From contig NC_043002.1 in NCBI RefSeq assembly GCF_006345805.1, positions 2,418,001 to 2,482,000 on the forward strand: 64,000 bases of DNA, written 5' to 3'. The notes below the pieces were generated by a model, which worked only from the letters and a program-made list of their open reading frames with translations, made no database searches and was not told the DNA's origin. The DNA is from Octopus sinensis. Its lineage: Eukaryota. Both the position numbers and the translations under genes were made by a program. Shown here piece after piece: positions 12,410 to 26,466 of this stretch (the stretch's first letter is position 1; each line of letters starts with the position of its first letter).

Positions 12410-12710
12410 GACGCGTGGCGTAGTGCCGAGGAGATTTGGCTGCCGATTGCAAAGCCATGAATTCGATTCCCTGCAACGCATTCTATTCTTAAGCTAGACA
12501 CTTTATTTCACATGGCTCCAGTCTACTCAGCTGGCAAAAATCAATCGTACCTCTAATTGAAAGAACTAGTCATGTCACATTTTGTGACTCGCTGAGAACT
12601 ATATTAAGGGTACACGTATCTGTGGAGTACTCAGCCACTTGCACGTTGATTTCACGAGCAGGTTGTTCAACTGGAACACTCGTCGTCGTAACTGACGGAG
12701 TATCAGTTAG
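12410..12710 (+). mobile_element. tRNA-derived SINE (decayed)
   Basis: gcgtggcgtagtg...gaattcgattccc head followed by a CORE-like acactttatttcacatggctccagt segment. Confidence 0.55.
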
Positions 12711-15615
12711 CTAATATTACACATTGTTTCGTTTATGTTTTAAGCTTGTTCAGTTGTCATAAACTAGATTGACATCAAAAGAAGCAACACGATCTAACGA
12801 ATATAGAAAAAAATAATCCCAGTTGATCGTAAAATATGATTAATAAACCCCTCAAATTCTCTGCTGATGCATGAAATAGCAATGCTAAGGAGCAACACCT
12901 TACTTGCAGGTTTTACTCGTCATTGGGTTCTGTTACTCTATCATCTCTTGGCTCGTTAACCTTCTTTGAGATCTTACCATCGTAATAGATACTGATCTAA
13001 CCGTTCTGTCAAGCCTGCTGCATTGCCTCACTCTCTCCTCTACACGAACATCCTGTTGTCACCTATAATAACAATCACACTTCCATGTGTGATATCTTTT
13101 ATGTCTTCGTAGCCTTTTGCATAAAACTATCATCCACTTGCAAATTACATATACGAAGCCAAATTCTTCACCGATAAATGTTTAGCAAACTCACAAACAT
13201 TTTCAGTGGAAATGAAACCATCTTTTCTACTTCGGCAACAAAAAACACAACCCCCCCCCCCCCCGATAAAGCACCACGTTTGACAATTCCTTAATCGCAC
13301 TGGATTCATGGCCTGACAATCACTGATTTTCTGGTGAACACACATTCTCAATACAACATATATACTGCATCGATTTCGAAGACTGACCTTTCTCTTTAAA
13401 GCCCCCAAAATACTTAAACTCATGACTAGGATCTCAAGTGTCACCAATATTGAGGTATCGTCTCTATGTCCGGGCCGTCGCCGCTGCTAAACACACAAGA
13501 AGACTGCTCGACTCAGTGGAATGATCTCACCAAGGGATACGCACGAGTCTTTGGCTCACACAACATCTTATGTCTCTTCTATCTTATTCTTTCTACTATG
13601 GCTTCAATTTCTCGGAGAAAGATAACACCGTGCCACCCGGACTGAGCTTGTCTTAATTCACTCGACTTTCGTTTCGTCACCCACCTCTAAATGCCCAGAC
13701 CCCGTACAAACCTCTACGACCATTCCTTCTCCCCATAATATCAGTCCTCTGCTGTTCCGTTCTTGCACATGCCCTTGTAACAGACATGGGTGCTACCTCT
13801 TCCAGTAAACCAAAAAAAGTTTTTAAAACGACTTGCCGGAAGCTTATTTTTGTTCTGTTTTACTATATTCTATCAATGTTATCCATCACTGATATAAACC
13901 ATTGTATATTTTCTTTGCAATGTTAACAAACACAAAAGCAACATTTGGATTATTCTATTCTACAGTTTATATAATTCACCGAAACGAAAAATCCTAGTCA
14001 AGCAGAAATTAACGCCTTTTCTAACATCAGTTAAAATTGCCGTGAAGATATAAAAGCAGTTGTATTAATATCCAATAAGTCTCAGCGGTTTTTCTATATC
14101 TAACTTCTTATTAAATTATCACTTTTGACTTCTTATTTTAAAAGAAAATGCCGAAACGATATTTTAGTTTGAATGGATTATCTTAGATAATATGGTATCA
14201 CTATTTTTGCGGTTCAAAAACTAAAATATATAACTTGATTTATACATTTACAAAGAAAAACAAGCTATTTTTATATACATAAAACTGGAATTGTAAAGAT
14301 TCTATGATGTTACGGTAGAGCTTCTAGCATTCTGGGAAGAATATGTGGTACAGTTTCTTTCTGGATTGGAACCATTTCTTTATATCAAGTTGCTGATTCC
14401 AGGCACAAGGCCATAAAAAGCTAGATTTTACCATTTCCCTTCTCCTAAAATGTATGGTTTTTATGTCTTTTCGATAGAAATATATATATTTCTACATCAC
14501 CAAAATATGACCTTCGCATAGGCCCACGTGTAAATAACCTTACAGGTTACTTCTTTGCTCTGCTGCCCTTAAAATAATCATTGCTCTCAATTGCAACTTA
14601 ACTCAGAGGTCGATTAACCTCACATCAATACAAGACTAATAGACTAATACTTATTCTATCGATCTTGGACAGATAAAAAAAGCAATTTAGAAATTGTTCT
14701 CGGGGCGCAGATAAATGGTACTGATTCCTGATCTTTTATTCCGTTATTTGCTACTTCTGCCATTTCAGCGCCGCAGATAACGCAGCTCATGTATCTTAGA
14801 ATATCACAAAATAATAAACTAATATAAAACTTGTAGAGGTCAGCAGCAGAGAATCGGCCGAATTGACACCCCCCGCCGTTTCCAGTTGTCTTATTGATTC
14901 CAGTAGAATGAACGACGAAGCAGATCGGAGCAACGGGCAGAGTTCAATATTATCTGCTAGCTAGTCAATACGGGGTTCTACCCTCTCTGACATATCTCAC
15001 CCGTTTTTTTTTAAGCTGTAAGGAAGAAGAAAGCTTTTATGCACCTTTAAACAGTCTCTAAAATGAAGAAAAATAAAAAAAAGAAATATTACAAATGGCC
15101 GCGTAGAAAAAAGAAAGAAACATTGTTAATATTTCGTTATAAGATTACATCACCTTTCTGTGAGGTATTTGAACGCAGAGAAGTATGGACTGGCGCTATA
15201 AAACGTTAATATCGCCATATTCTGTGGAATATATGTATGGTGTTACCACCATGGACGATTCTTGCATAGAATCATGATGTATAATTCTATTGTTAGTGCC
15301 AGCACAATGGTCGATCTGCTTCAGAAGTCATCACGCTCGTGTTATCTCGCAGTCGACTGTGCAAGCTGCCTCTGTAGAAGATAATTCGCTGACAGCCATG
15401 ACAGACAGACCACATTCACAACCAGCTACACACACATATACACACACACTTACATTTACACATTCATCCATCCATCCATCCAACCATACATACATACATA
15501 CATACATACATACATACATACATACATACATACATACATTCATACATATATATATATATATATATATATAAACACCTATATATAATAGCATTTATAATAT
15601 AATAATAGAATATAG

Positions 15616-15668
<53 letters not shown>

Positions 15669-16280
15669 TGTGTGTGTGTATTTATATATACCTCTATGCT
15701 ATCATTATGCTATAAATACTGATACATAAACAAAATATATATATATGTATGCATATATTTATATTTATGTATAAACACATACAAATATGCACGTTATACG
15801 TATACGAATGTACACACAATACACACACACATACATCGTAATGGTCATTGTGAAAATCATTCACGACTGTATGAGAGATATTTTTACATATGTTCAGCTC
15901 CATTTACAGAAGCACAATAACTAAATAACTATGAGAGTTCTTCCCAATCTATATTCTGTAGAAAAACCTAGTGGGTTATTCGATGACAGATCTTTACCAA
16001 TATCTGTCAGCGTATTGATTTTTCTATGATTATATTTGCAAATACAGTTTATCGATTTGTAGAAAAGAACAAGATTATGTATTTTTTTTGTGAATTTAAA
16101 TTTAGCTTAGTTATTCCGAGTCGATAAATCATTACTTTATAACTGTACATTTGAGATAGGCAGGTAGAGACTGCCGAGACAGAACAGCACACTTAGCATG
16201 GACAACAGATACTGCTTGAGTTTATTACATTCATTATTATTATTATTGTTGTTGTTGTTGTTCTTCTTCTTCTTCTTCTT

Positions 16281-16311
<31 letters not shown>

Positions 16312-16320
16312 TTATTATTA

Positions 16321-16355
<35 letters not shown>

Positions 16356-16699
16356 TATTATTATCTGTGATGAAATAATTACCAGTTAAATATTGGGGTC
16401 TACACTTTCCACCCTCCTCAAAAATTCCTGGCCTTGTGTCAAATTATTGTAATTATGTAGCTGGCGAAATTGTTAGTGCATTGGAAAAAATGCTTAGCGG
16501 CATTTCTTCCGGCTCAAGTCCTACCCAAGTCAGCTTTCTTTTTCATCCGTTCGAGGACAATAAAATAAAGTCCCAGCTTAACTTCCAAGCTTTGTGACTT
16601 ATTTTTCTTTTTGCCTCAGGTTTTGTTGCAACTCCTGGAGTCTTTCGTACGCAGCGGGCCTATTATAAATGCGGCACAGCGAAGACTCATGCTCATTCC

Positions 16700-18710
16700 T
16701 AAGGTTGACCCTCGAAATCCTGGCGAAAGTTTGGTCCTGCGCTGCTACTTTGGTGCTGTCAGTCTCTCTTTTTCAGTGTTCCTTTCTTCAGCCAAACCCA
16801 TGAGTCTTTTCCAACAACTTTAGTTGCGACTACATGGAATTGATTGTGAACACCCTTGTTGCGTAATCTTTCATCATTTGGGGCTGTTAAGTCACTTACT
16901 TGGTACTTTCTATTCTCTTTATCTACTATTACCAAATCAGGCCTTATAGATTCTATTACTCTGTCAGTTTGAATCTCAAAATCCCACATCTCGTATTTTT
17001 TACTTTCCAGTACTTTACTAGGTTCATGCTCATACAATTTATCATTGTGTTCAAATCTTAGCTTTCTACATAACTCCCAGTGGATTGCTCTCCATAGATT
17101 GCCGTGTCTTTTCTTGTATTCTTTCTGTGCCAGCATGCTACAGTCACTTAATATATGAGTAACGCTTTCCTCTTTTGATTTGTATAATCTACATTGGGAT
17201 CTACTTGGTTTTTGTCTATTTTTGCTTTTATCCAATTAGTCCTTAATGCTTCATCTTGTGCAGCTAACAAACTTTCTGTCTCCCTCTTCAGCTTTCCCTT
17301 CTGCAGCCATAACCATGTCTCACTACAGCTAATCGCTGAAACTATCTCGGGGAATCTACCATGCAGCGCTTTCTCCTGCCTCTCAGATAATTTATGTTCT
17401 TTTTTCTGCTTTTTTTCCAAAAGTTCGTTTGGTGTTTTGGTTTCCCTGTCTTGCTGTGACTGTAGCAGTTTTCAGTAAACTTTTTCACTATTACCCACAT
17501 AGGAGCCTCTGTCTACTCTAACTCCACGCAGTCTTCCACTGATATTAACCCTCTTCCATCTTCCTTTCTAAGTAAGTATAATCTTGGTACTCCTGCCCTT
17601 GGTTGGAGTCCTCCATTCATATTGAATCCCTTCCTAGTTCTTCTCTCTAGCTTTCCTAATTCAGTTTTTCTCCAATCTACAATAGCTGCTGAGTATCTAA
17701 GTAATGATGCTGCCCAAGTATTCACAGCCTTCACAAGATTCGAACCATTTAGCTCTGCCATCGTTAGCTTCCTCACCTTCTGATGTACTTCTTTTCATTC
17801 TTGTAGTTAGTACTCTGTCAGATTCTAATACTCCTAGATACTTATCTCTCTCTCCTCCTTCTGACCACATGGTAATTGGATGCCTTCACTGCTGACTACC
17901 TGTCCCCTTCTCATGACTAATATTGCACATTTATCTCTGCCAAATTCCATGCCTATATCTTTGCTGAAGAGTCTAACAGTTTGTCCCCAACACTTGTTCC
18001 TGTGCTGCACATATCGAGACCTCTGTTTCAAGTTTCAGGTCGTTTTTAGTAAATCACAACCATCTTTTCTCTGGGTCTGAATCCCTTGGTATCCCTCTCT
18101 CTCTCTCTCTCTCCCCCCCCCTCTCTCTCCCCCCCCCCTCTCTCTCTCCCATCCTCTCTCTCTCTCTTATCCTTCCAGTTGTTATCCCTCTTTGTTCCTG
18201 TCTTTATTTTTATTTCATCATGTTTTGATTACTCGTACGAGCAGTGCTTTCTTTGTATTCTTTATACATCAAACAATATTGTCCTTCTTTGTCTGAATGC
18301 AGTCCTTATAACGTATCAGTCTCCGTCCTCCTTTCTTCCTTCCCATGTGTAGCCTGCCAACATCACTTAGTGGGCGAGGCACACCGCGTATTGTCACCAA
18401 TTTCTTTGTTTTCTCGTCCAAAAATGCCGGCTCCTCTGATCGCTAATGTATCACTTCAGCTCCGTATCTCAACAGTGATTGTCCCTGTATTTATTGCTTG
18501 GAACTTATTTCTTTCATTGAGTTTAGTCTTCAGAATCAATCTCAGCCTTCTTTAATACTCCTGAGGGAATAGTTTCTTCCTTTGACCTTCCATTACTTCA
18601 CCTACTTCCAATATGCCCAGATACCCGTACCCTTCCTTCTCTATTCTCTTCAATATCTCTCCCGTGGGTAATTTCAAACAATTCACTTGCTGCACTTAAC
18701 GACTTTCTAG
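16700..18710 (-). mobile_element. R4/Dong-type RLE non-LTR retrotransposon remnant
   Basis: RT C-terminal NLVKAVNTWA...GRGLISVEDCVE, LHGRF, AAQDEALRTN, CR..ESVTHILSDC...KRH zinc knuckle, IQTDRVIESIRPDLVIVD RLE motif. Confidence 0.9.
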
Positions 18711-20550
18711 AATAAACCCTTGGTTAAAAGTAATTTATGTTGTGATAAAGTTGTTGAAAAAATACTATTATGAAATTAACTGAATAGTATTAGCTAGTAG
18801 ATTTTGATTTATACCAATTAATCACCTGTAATTGCTGAGTGTAAGGTAATGAATTTGTAATAGCAAACAACAGTGATACAATTACTTTGTTGGTGTCGGG
18901 CTTCCAAAACAGTTGTTCCAAACGATTTTACCCGTGAAATATGATAAGAAAAAGATTCGAACACCTCTGTTTGCAACTTCTTTCTACTGAACACTTTAAC
19001 TTCGCTTTATTATCAGTAACCGAGCTATCTATAAGATGACACAACAAAGGTGTCCTGTGTCTGGCGCATATGTTAACGATAATGTAAACTATAGCTTGAG
19101 GTATCAGTAATATTAGCACAGGTGTAGGGTACCATTTTGATAGATCAGTAACAAAGTGACGTGACACCATCGAATGCCATAAACTACTTATGTTAATCAT
19201 TACTATAAGTATAAAGCGGTGAATGGTATCCATTAGGCTTCAGTTGGACTGGCGGTGAGTTATAACGTGCAAAGGAATATCTTTGTCTTATCTCATTAAT
19301 CTTTAACAATATCGAACATCCATAAGAGTTCTTAGAAAGTTACTGGCAGGTTCTCTCTGAAGTGTCAAATTTCCAACCATTCATTACAATCAGTCGGTTG
19401 TGGTTGTTTGGAAAAGATGAAGTGACAGATAAAACATCAAAAAAATCAAATTGACTCGCCGCCAGATCAATAGTTGCTTTCATTCTGAAATAGAATATTT
19501 TTATTGATAAATGCCAGAGTATTCCCAGAAGGATGAATGAATGTTTTAACTGCTTCATTCAATATCGCAGCCGACGTTCTGAACATCTTTTAATATGTGG
19601 CCTATTTCCGGAATGCACGTACAAGAATAAAAGTTAGTATTTCTGTTCGAGAAAGAAAAAAAACTCCAACATAAACATTTATTAGTTTTGAAATTAATTT
19701 ACTTTTTTGTTTTGCTTTTATCATTTCGCAATCGGCCCCACGACACAGGTTTCCATTACTTCTTTATGTTCGTTTTTATTTCTACTCTCAAACTCTGATT
19801 TAAAGTGAAATATTTATTTTATCCAAAAAGTAACGAAATACTGACGTCAACAAACATATTAAATACAAAACAGAAAAAAAGTGTGTTTTTTAGTATTCAA
19901 TCCTTACATATCGATTTCAATCTTAAATAGGAATTAACTCAGATTCAAATACATGTAACTTTGGAAGTTCAATAGGCAATAGAACTTACTTGTTCTTACT
20001 AGTAAAATCAATGTCGATTGCTGTAATGGAAATGTTTTGGTTCTGGCATCAATATACGATCTAAGAAACATTATAGAAAAAGCTGGAATCGGTTTCCACA
20101 AGTGCCATCTGTATAATGGTTAATAGCCCGCAACCATTGTGATATGCTGTTAATTTGCCCGGCAGATTTACTTATATTAACCGATCGGGTAAGACAAAGG
20201 TTTATCACTCAAACATTGGTCAGATGTCATCAGCTTGTCAACGACGCAAATATAATATTGTTTATCGTCAATTATTTTGACACTAATTGCCTCTATCAGT
20301 TACTGATCGCCAACTAGTTTCCAATATATGTATGCCGTGAAACTAATCGACTATTTGTTTCCCATTTGACACATTTTATCTGGTCAATAAACCTCAGTTT
20401 ATTCAGTAATAACCTCGTTCAATTGCTGGCATTAAACAGTTTCACTCAATTCAGCCAAGGAAAAATGATTTGTTATCGCAGACTATTATCGAGTTCAGAA
20501 TGTTTTTTTTTATTGTTTTTATATCTTTTATTTTTACTCTACATTTCTTT

Positions 20551-20598
<48 letters not shown>

Positions 20599-20693
20599 TA
20601 ACACTTAGCACAAAACTTTTGTGGTGACTACAAGATTTGCATATAATGTTTATTGGTTTAGGCTCATAAATTCATGTTTCCTTCCTTTTCTCT

Positions 20694-20736
<43 letters not shown>

Positions 20737-20950
20737 GTTTCTCCGTACTTACATAGGTACATATGTATGTGTGTGTGTGCTTGTATATGTGTGTATATAT
20801 GTATATATATATATATGTGTGTATGTGTGTGTGAGAGAGAAAGAGAAAGAGAGAATCTGTGTGTAAGTGCGTGCGTGTGAGAGAGAAAGAATATCTGTGT
20901 GTGTATGTATATGCCTATATATATATATATGCTTATATATATATATATAC

Positions 20951-21036
<86 letters not shown>

Positions 21037-21384
21037 TTATATATATATATGTATATATATATATACGCTCCAGTATGACCGCAGGGAAATGACTGAAACC
21101 AGTAAAAGAATATATATGAATACGTTTTTCTCTTGAAACTGCAAAAGCATCATAAAGCAGTTTTGTTTAGAATGAAGCATGTTACTCTACCTTCGGTATT
21201 CGAGTACTATTTGTTTCCACCTTGCTTTGCATTCATGTGCTTACTCGTATATATATGAGTATATGTGTGTGTGTGTGTGTGTGCGTGCGTGTGTGAGTGT
21301 GTGAGTGTGCGTGTGCGCGTGTGTGTGTGTGTGTGTGTACGTGTGTATGTGTGTGAGTGAGTGTGTGCGTGTGCTTGTGTGTCT

Positions 21385-21595
21385 TTGTACTTGTCCTCCA
21401 CCTCTGTTTGACAACCAGTGATGATGTGTTTACGTCCTTGTAACCGCACAGTTCGGTAAATAGAAATCGATAGAATACGTATGAGGCTTTAAAAATAGAT
21501 ATACTGGAGATCGGTTCATGCGACCAAACTTCTTGAAGCGGTGCCCCAGCTTGGCCGTAGTCTCATGACTGAAACAAGTAAAAGATAAAAGATAC
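21385..21595 (+). mobile_element. SINE family B, 3' half
   Basis: gtttacgtccttgtaaccgcacagttcgg...atgactgaaacaagtaaaagataaaaga. Confidence 0.75.
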
Positions 21596-21624
21596 ACATA
21601 TGCATACACTCATACATGTATGAA

Positions 21625-21905
21625 GGTGTGTGGCCAAGTGGTTAGGGTATTGCACTCACTATCGCTCGGTCAGGGGTTCGATTCCCAGGCCAGGCGGCGC
21701 GTTGTGTTCTTGTGTAAAATATTTCATTTCGACGATCTCTGACGAGTGGCACACTTATGCACCTGTACAGGTCACATCGATTTGATGGAGGGCGTGAGCC
21801 CATGTGCGGCACAAACATTTGATCTCTATAACCAAATCAGTTTTTGTGTGGCAGGTCGTTCAGTAAAAGCAGAATACTCATACGTCGTGTTGGACGGGAT
21901 ATTTC
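21625..21905 (+). mobile_element. tRNA/CORE-type SINE family C
   Basis: tggccaagtggttagggtattgcactca...ggttcgattccc; related sequence at 23635-23770 (+), 26565-26790 (-) and 59520-59690 (+). Confidence 0.7.
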
Positions 21906-22969
21906 ATCATACGTGTGTGCGTGTTCGTATGTGTGCGTGTGTGTGCGTGTGCGTGTGTATGTGTGTGTGTGTGTAACTACGCTTTTGCATAGATAAACTA
22001 TACCAAATACCATTCACAACATATTGGCCAACTCGATGCCATAGCCGAAAAGAGTTAGCTGAGATGCCACACAGAATCACGTTGCTGGAACTCGTAGTCA
22101 AGAAGCGACTATCTTCTTAATATGATAACTATATGATAAATTAGATATGATAACCGTATCTTCTTAATGATACGCTTATCATGACTAATGCTATAAGGAA
22201 AAACTAAAAGATATCAACGATATAATATTGATTTGTGTCAAAGTTACTTACACTAAATCTATTGAGAAATTTGATACATTGTCCCAAAGAAATAGACTAC
22301 CGACAGCAGGAAATATTGGGGAAAAAAGACACCAGCTGCACATATTTGTCTCGGGTTTCCTCTTCGAAAGTCCTCCTCTGTGAACCTTCCCTTGACGATC
22401 TTTTATTAAACGATATGTCATTCCATGGTTTTGCAAAATGTTACAAACGATATTATCAAAATCGTATAATAACAAACGAACTCTCTTCAAATGTCTTTCA
22501 TATCATCCAATATCCTGCTCGAGGTGCTGTGTTTAGAAATAACTCATCATAAATCCATTCCGCAGCGAAATATCGATTCGTGGCTGCAACAGTTTCATTG
22601 GAATCGCTATTACCTTGGAGCAATGCAAGCATCTTGAACGTCGTGTTTATCCATTTTATAGAATATGCTTAGTATATTTATTATGGCTATCGATATATGG
22701 CATGTACCGATGCCTGCCATCACCTGACTCTTATGTAAAGATAGCCATAGCAGTATAAATAGGAACCAGGAATGGTTACAACTTACCATTATATGTCTCT
22801 ATACAATTCATACATGTTTATGTTTGTAATAATTCTGAGCACAAATTTACCCTACTACAAAAATAATCAGTGCACATGTAATAAAGAAATAATTTACAGC
22901 GGCAAGGCTTGTCAGTCCGCCTCATGGAATAGGCTGGGACAACCAGTGCGGCGCACTTGCAGGTGACTC

Positions 22970-23345
22970 TCTCTACCCCGATACAGTCTGGGAGCCAAGA
23001 AGATCGGAGGCTTCTTCTGCCATAAGCCTAACCAGAAATCTGTCAGAGATATTTAGATATTTTTCCCTTCTCGACTTGACGAGCAGCAAAGCCTGGTCTG
23101 GCAGGTTGCCGATGAAGATGTCACATGACCACCACCACGGAACGGGAGAATTGCCATGTAGTCAGGCCTTTTCCCGTCCCATTGGTCTAGTCCAGCTGGT
23201 TCAAGCCGAGAAGTGAAGCCCCCAGGGTCATTGAAACCAGCATGGCGCGGAAGGTGACCAGCATTATGGTGATATAATAATGAGTGAAGGCCAAAAGGAT
23301 CTACAAAAGTTGATGAAAGCCTGACCGAAGAGGAACAGATCAATG
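22970..23345 (-). mobile_element. CRE-like non-LTR retrotransposon RLE fragment
   Basis: VDPFGLHSL...GHLPRHAGFND and SRLEPAGLDQWDGKRPD..ILPF resemble the CRE-clade zinc-finger/RPDG region. Confidence 0.65.
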
Positions 23346-23799
23346 ATAAGAATTACTGGAAAAAAGGACCCATCCCAACCGTACGATCGTAAACTGAATA
23401 CCTTAACCACTAAGCCACGCCCCTCCACGAATAGTTTAGGGGCTCATTTCATCAGTTCCTACAGCGAAACATTACAGTGATTATAACTGAAGCAATGAAA
23501 ATCATTTGGGTTTTCACATTTATAAACCTAATTTCTTTACTTTTGGAGTAGACATAGAACGTTAATACACCCTTGGGCAACAATTAAAAGGGTAAATTTT
23601 AATGTGCAGTCTCCTCCTCTGTGTGTGTGTATCAAGCTGCGTCCTAGTCGTTAGGGTGTTGCACTCAGGATCACAAGATTGTGGTTTCGATTCGCAGACG
23701 GGGTGATGCATTGTTTTCTTGAGCAAAACTCTCAATTTCACGTTGCTCCAGTTCACTCACCTTCTTGTATGCGACCAGACTGCGAAACTGTAAGTTATA

Positions 23800-25020
23800 T
23801 ATATATACAATTCAGGAAATTCTTCATTCCAGAAATTCTTCGTTCTTATTCATGGATTTCCAAAAAATACCATGTTCAAAATTATTTACTCCTTAGATTT
23901 CCTGAGTCCAATATCTTTTTTTTTAATAGTCAATAGCCTTTGCTTTGTTTTTTTATGACTGCTTCCTACAAGTTTCCTGTGGGATTGGCCCACTCTTTCT
24001 TGGCGAAATCCTCGAGCTGGGTCAGATTGGTCGATTTCCTTGTCGTCACTTTGGTCTTCAAGTCTTGCCACAAGTTCTCCGTCAGATTCAGGTCAGGACT
24101 CTGGCTTGACCATTCTAGGACATTGGCATCATTATCCTTGAACCATCTCTTCCCTACCTTGATAGTATGTCTCGGATCATTGTTCTGCTGATCCTTCCAG
24201 TTGTGGCCGAGTTGGAGCTTCTCAGCGGGTTCCTTCACGTTTTCATCAAGTTTCCTGAAATAATCCTTCTTTCTCATGATTGCTTGGACCTTGACAAGGT
24301 TCCCCCTCCTACTGGAAAAGAAGCATCCCCATAGCATTATGTTTCTACAACCATGTTTGTTGGTGGGCACAGTGTTCTTCTCCTCTCTTCCCCCAGACAT
24401 ATTTAGCATCCATGTGGCAAATTAACTCCAACTTCGTCTCATTAGACCACCAGATGGTTGACTAAACCCTGGGATCTTGTTTCAGATGACCTCTAGCAAA
24501 TGCCAGGTAGGCCTCCAGATGTTTCTTCCTGGGCAACAGTGTCTTCCGAGGCCTGCGTCCAGGGAGACCTCCTCTGTGCAAGACTCGCTCAGTGGTGGGC
24601 CGTGACACCTTCGTCCCTGCCTAGTTAAGCGTTTCAATTAGGGCTTTGTTTGACCTCTCGGGGTTTGTTGACCTCTCGTCAGATTTTCCCGACAAGTTTG
24701 GGAGTCACCTTACGCTTCCTGCTACGCCCACTAAGGGTTTTAGGTGTTGAACCTCTTGTGCTTGTTGATTATGCTCTGGACGGTTGCCACAGGGACATCA
24801 TACTGCTTTGAAATGGCTTTGTAACCCCTTCCTCACTGCGGACATGCACAAGACGTTGATGTAGGTCCTTACTGAGATCCTTCTTCACCATGATGATCAG
24901 AAACCGAGAATGACCCGAACAATTTTCTTCTTTTTATACTTCATTTATACTCTTCTGGAAATAACTATAGGACAAAGATTAGCATATTTACAGGAAGTGA
25001 ATAATTCTGAACGTGTGCAA
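23800..25020 (-). mobile_element. Tc1-family DNA transposon, decayed transposase
   Basis: KHGCRNIMLWGCF...QQNNDPRH...WSSQSPDLNLTENLW (DD34E region); putative ATG at 24891. Confidence 0.9.
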
Positions 25021-25255
25021 AAATGAACTTTAAGCCATATCTATTATTATGCAAATTAATTTTAGCCAACTCATATGTGGATTTTTGCATAGTAACAGAA
25101 GATACACAGGAAGAACCAACTTTATAGCTTTTACAAATGAAGAATCAACAAAAGAATGTTACTTTTTATGGAGTATAAACAATTTGAGGACGACTGTATA
25201 TATATATATATGTGTGTGTGTGTATGTATATATATATATAATATATATATAATAT

Positions 25256-25343
<88 letters not shown>

Positions 25344-25839
25344 GACTTTATCTATAATAGCACGCCTCCAAAAACATTTGATCATATATAAATATTACCA
25401 TGGCTCTTAAACATATAAAGTAAGCTTATGTAAAAAAAGACACAGGAAGTAAAAAGTATATTTGCGAATAGAAAACAGATATATAGAACGGCCTAGCAAG
25501 AATGTATATATAGTTGACTAAAAATTCTAAAGCGTGTCAAGCGACTAAAAATCTAAATAAAGTAAAATAAATATCAATCGACGAAAAAAATGTTCTTACT
25601 CCCCTCAAAAAAAAAGTAAGTAAAAAAAAAGTTCATTTCATAAAAACCATTGTAGGTTGAAGTCCAGGAGCAAAAGGAGTTCCACAAAATCAAGTTAAAC
25701 ACATCAATGGCCATTTCGGGAGTTCATTGCCGCGGTTCGATTGCGAGTTAAAGTGCATCACGGCAATGCCCCCCCACACACACACACACACACCTCATCT
25801 GGATGAATTGGAATCTCAACAAACATATATATATATGCA

Positions 25840-25876
<37 letters not shown>

Positions 25877-25929
25877 GTTTAAATATTTGTTGTGCAAGAT
25901 TTTTTATGTGAAGTCGTGTGTTGAAACAG

Positions 25930-26236
25930 ATATTGTTATATTTCGGAATGGTCATTTTGCCAGTTTAGCCAATAAAAACGCACGCATTATATATCTGGTG
26001 TTACTTTGCTTCAGTGTTATTTATTTTTTACATTAATCTTAATCTTATTTCGGCCAGAGTTCTTTCGTCACACTCCTGATGCGGTCACAGGAGTGTGACG
26101 AAAGAACTCTGGCCGAAATAAGATTAAGATTAATGTAAAAAATAAATAACACTGAAGCAAAGTAACACCAAATATATAGTGCGTGCGTTTTTATTGGCTA
26201 AACTGGCAAAATGACCATTCCGAAATATAACAATAT
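25930..26236. repeat. Near-perfect palindrome (149-bp arms, 9-nt spacer) between (TA)n arrays
   Basis: 25930-26078 is the reverse complement of 26088-26236 with two substitutions. Confidence 0.93.
26076..26112 (+). ncRNA. Hammerhead-like variant (A9C), stem I lost at the inversion junction
   Basis: CTGATGC-G-GTCAC(AGGAGT)GTGAC-GAAA-G(AA)C-TC-TGG. Confidence 0.5.
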
Positions 26237-26261
26237 ATATATATATATATTATTGCACCTA

Positions 26262-26466
26262 TATTGCTGAAAAGTGTCTGGCTTTAGGTAAAAGAAAATA
26301 AGGAGGATCAGTTAATTATGATTTATTCAACATATTCGCCTCTCAAGTTCACACACTTATTGCAGCGGTCCTTCAGTTTTTCTAGAAAAGAATTCGTAAG
26401 GTTAGGCCTCCAACTAGCCCTTTCGCGATACCCTTAAAGCAACCAACCTTTCAGAAACCCTCGTAT
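26262..26466. mobile_element. Mariner-type MITE (decayed TIRs)
   Basis: gctgaaaagtgtctggcttt ... aaagcaaccaacctttcagaaaccctcgta imperfect terminal inverted repeat ending in TA. Confidence 0.5.

Noticed and set aside
12900-13250. Possible CR1 RT relic
   Set aside because: Only a vague resemblance, with no intact motif.
18928-19233. hAT-like VTDN motif in a minus-strand ORF
   Set aside because: A single short motif with no TIR or other support.
21739-21760. CTGACGA followed by a small GTG/CAC hairpin
   Set aside because: No GAAA follows, and it lies inside a SINE.
25718-25770. 8-bp inverted repeat CATTGCCG/CGGCAATG enclosing TGATGC...GAAC
   Set aside because: It lacks stem II and a proper GAAA/UH; likely chance.
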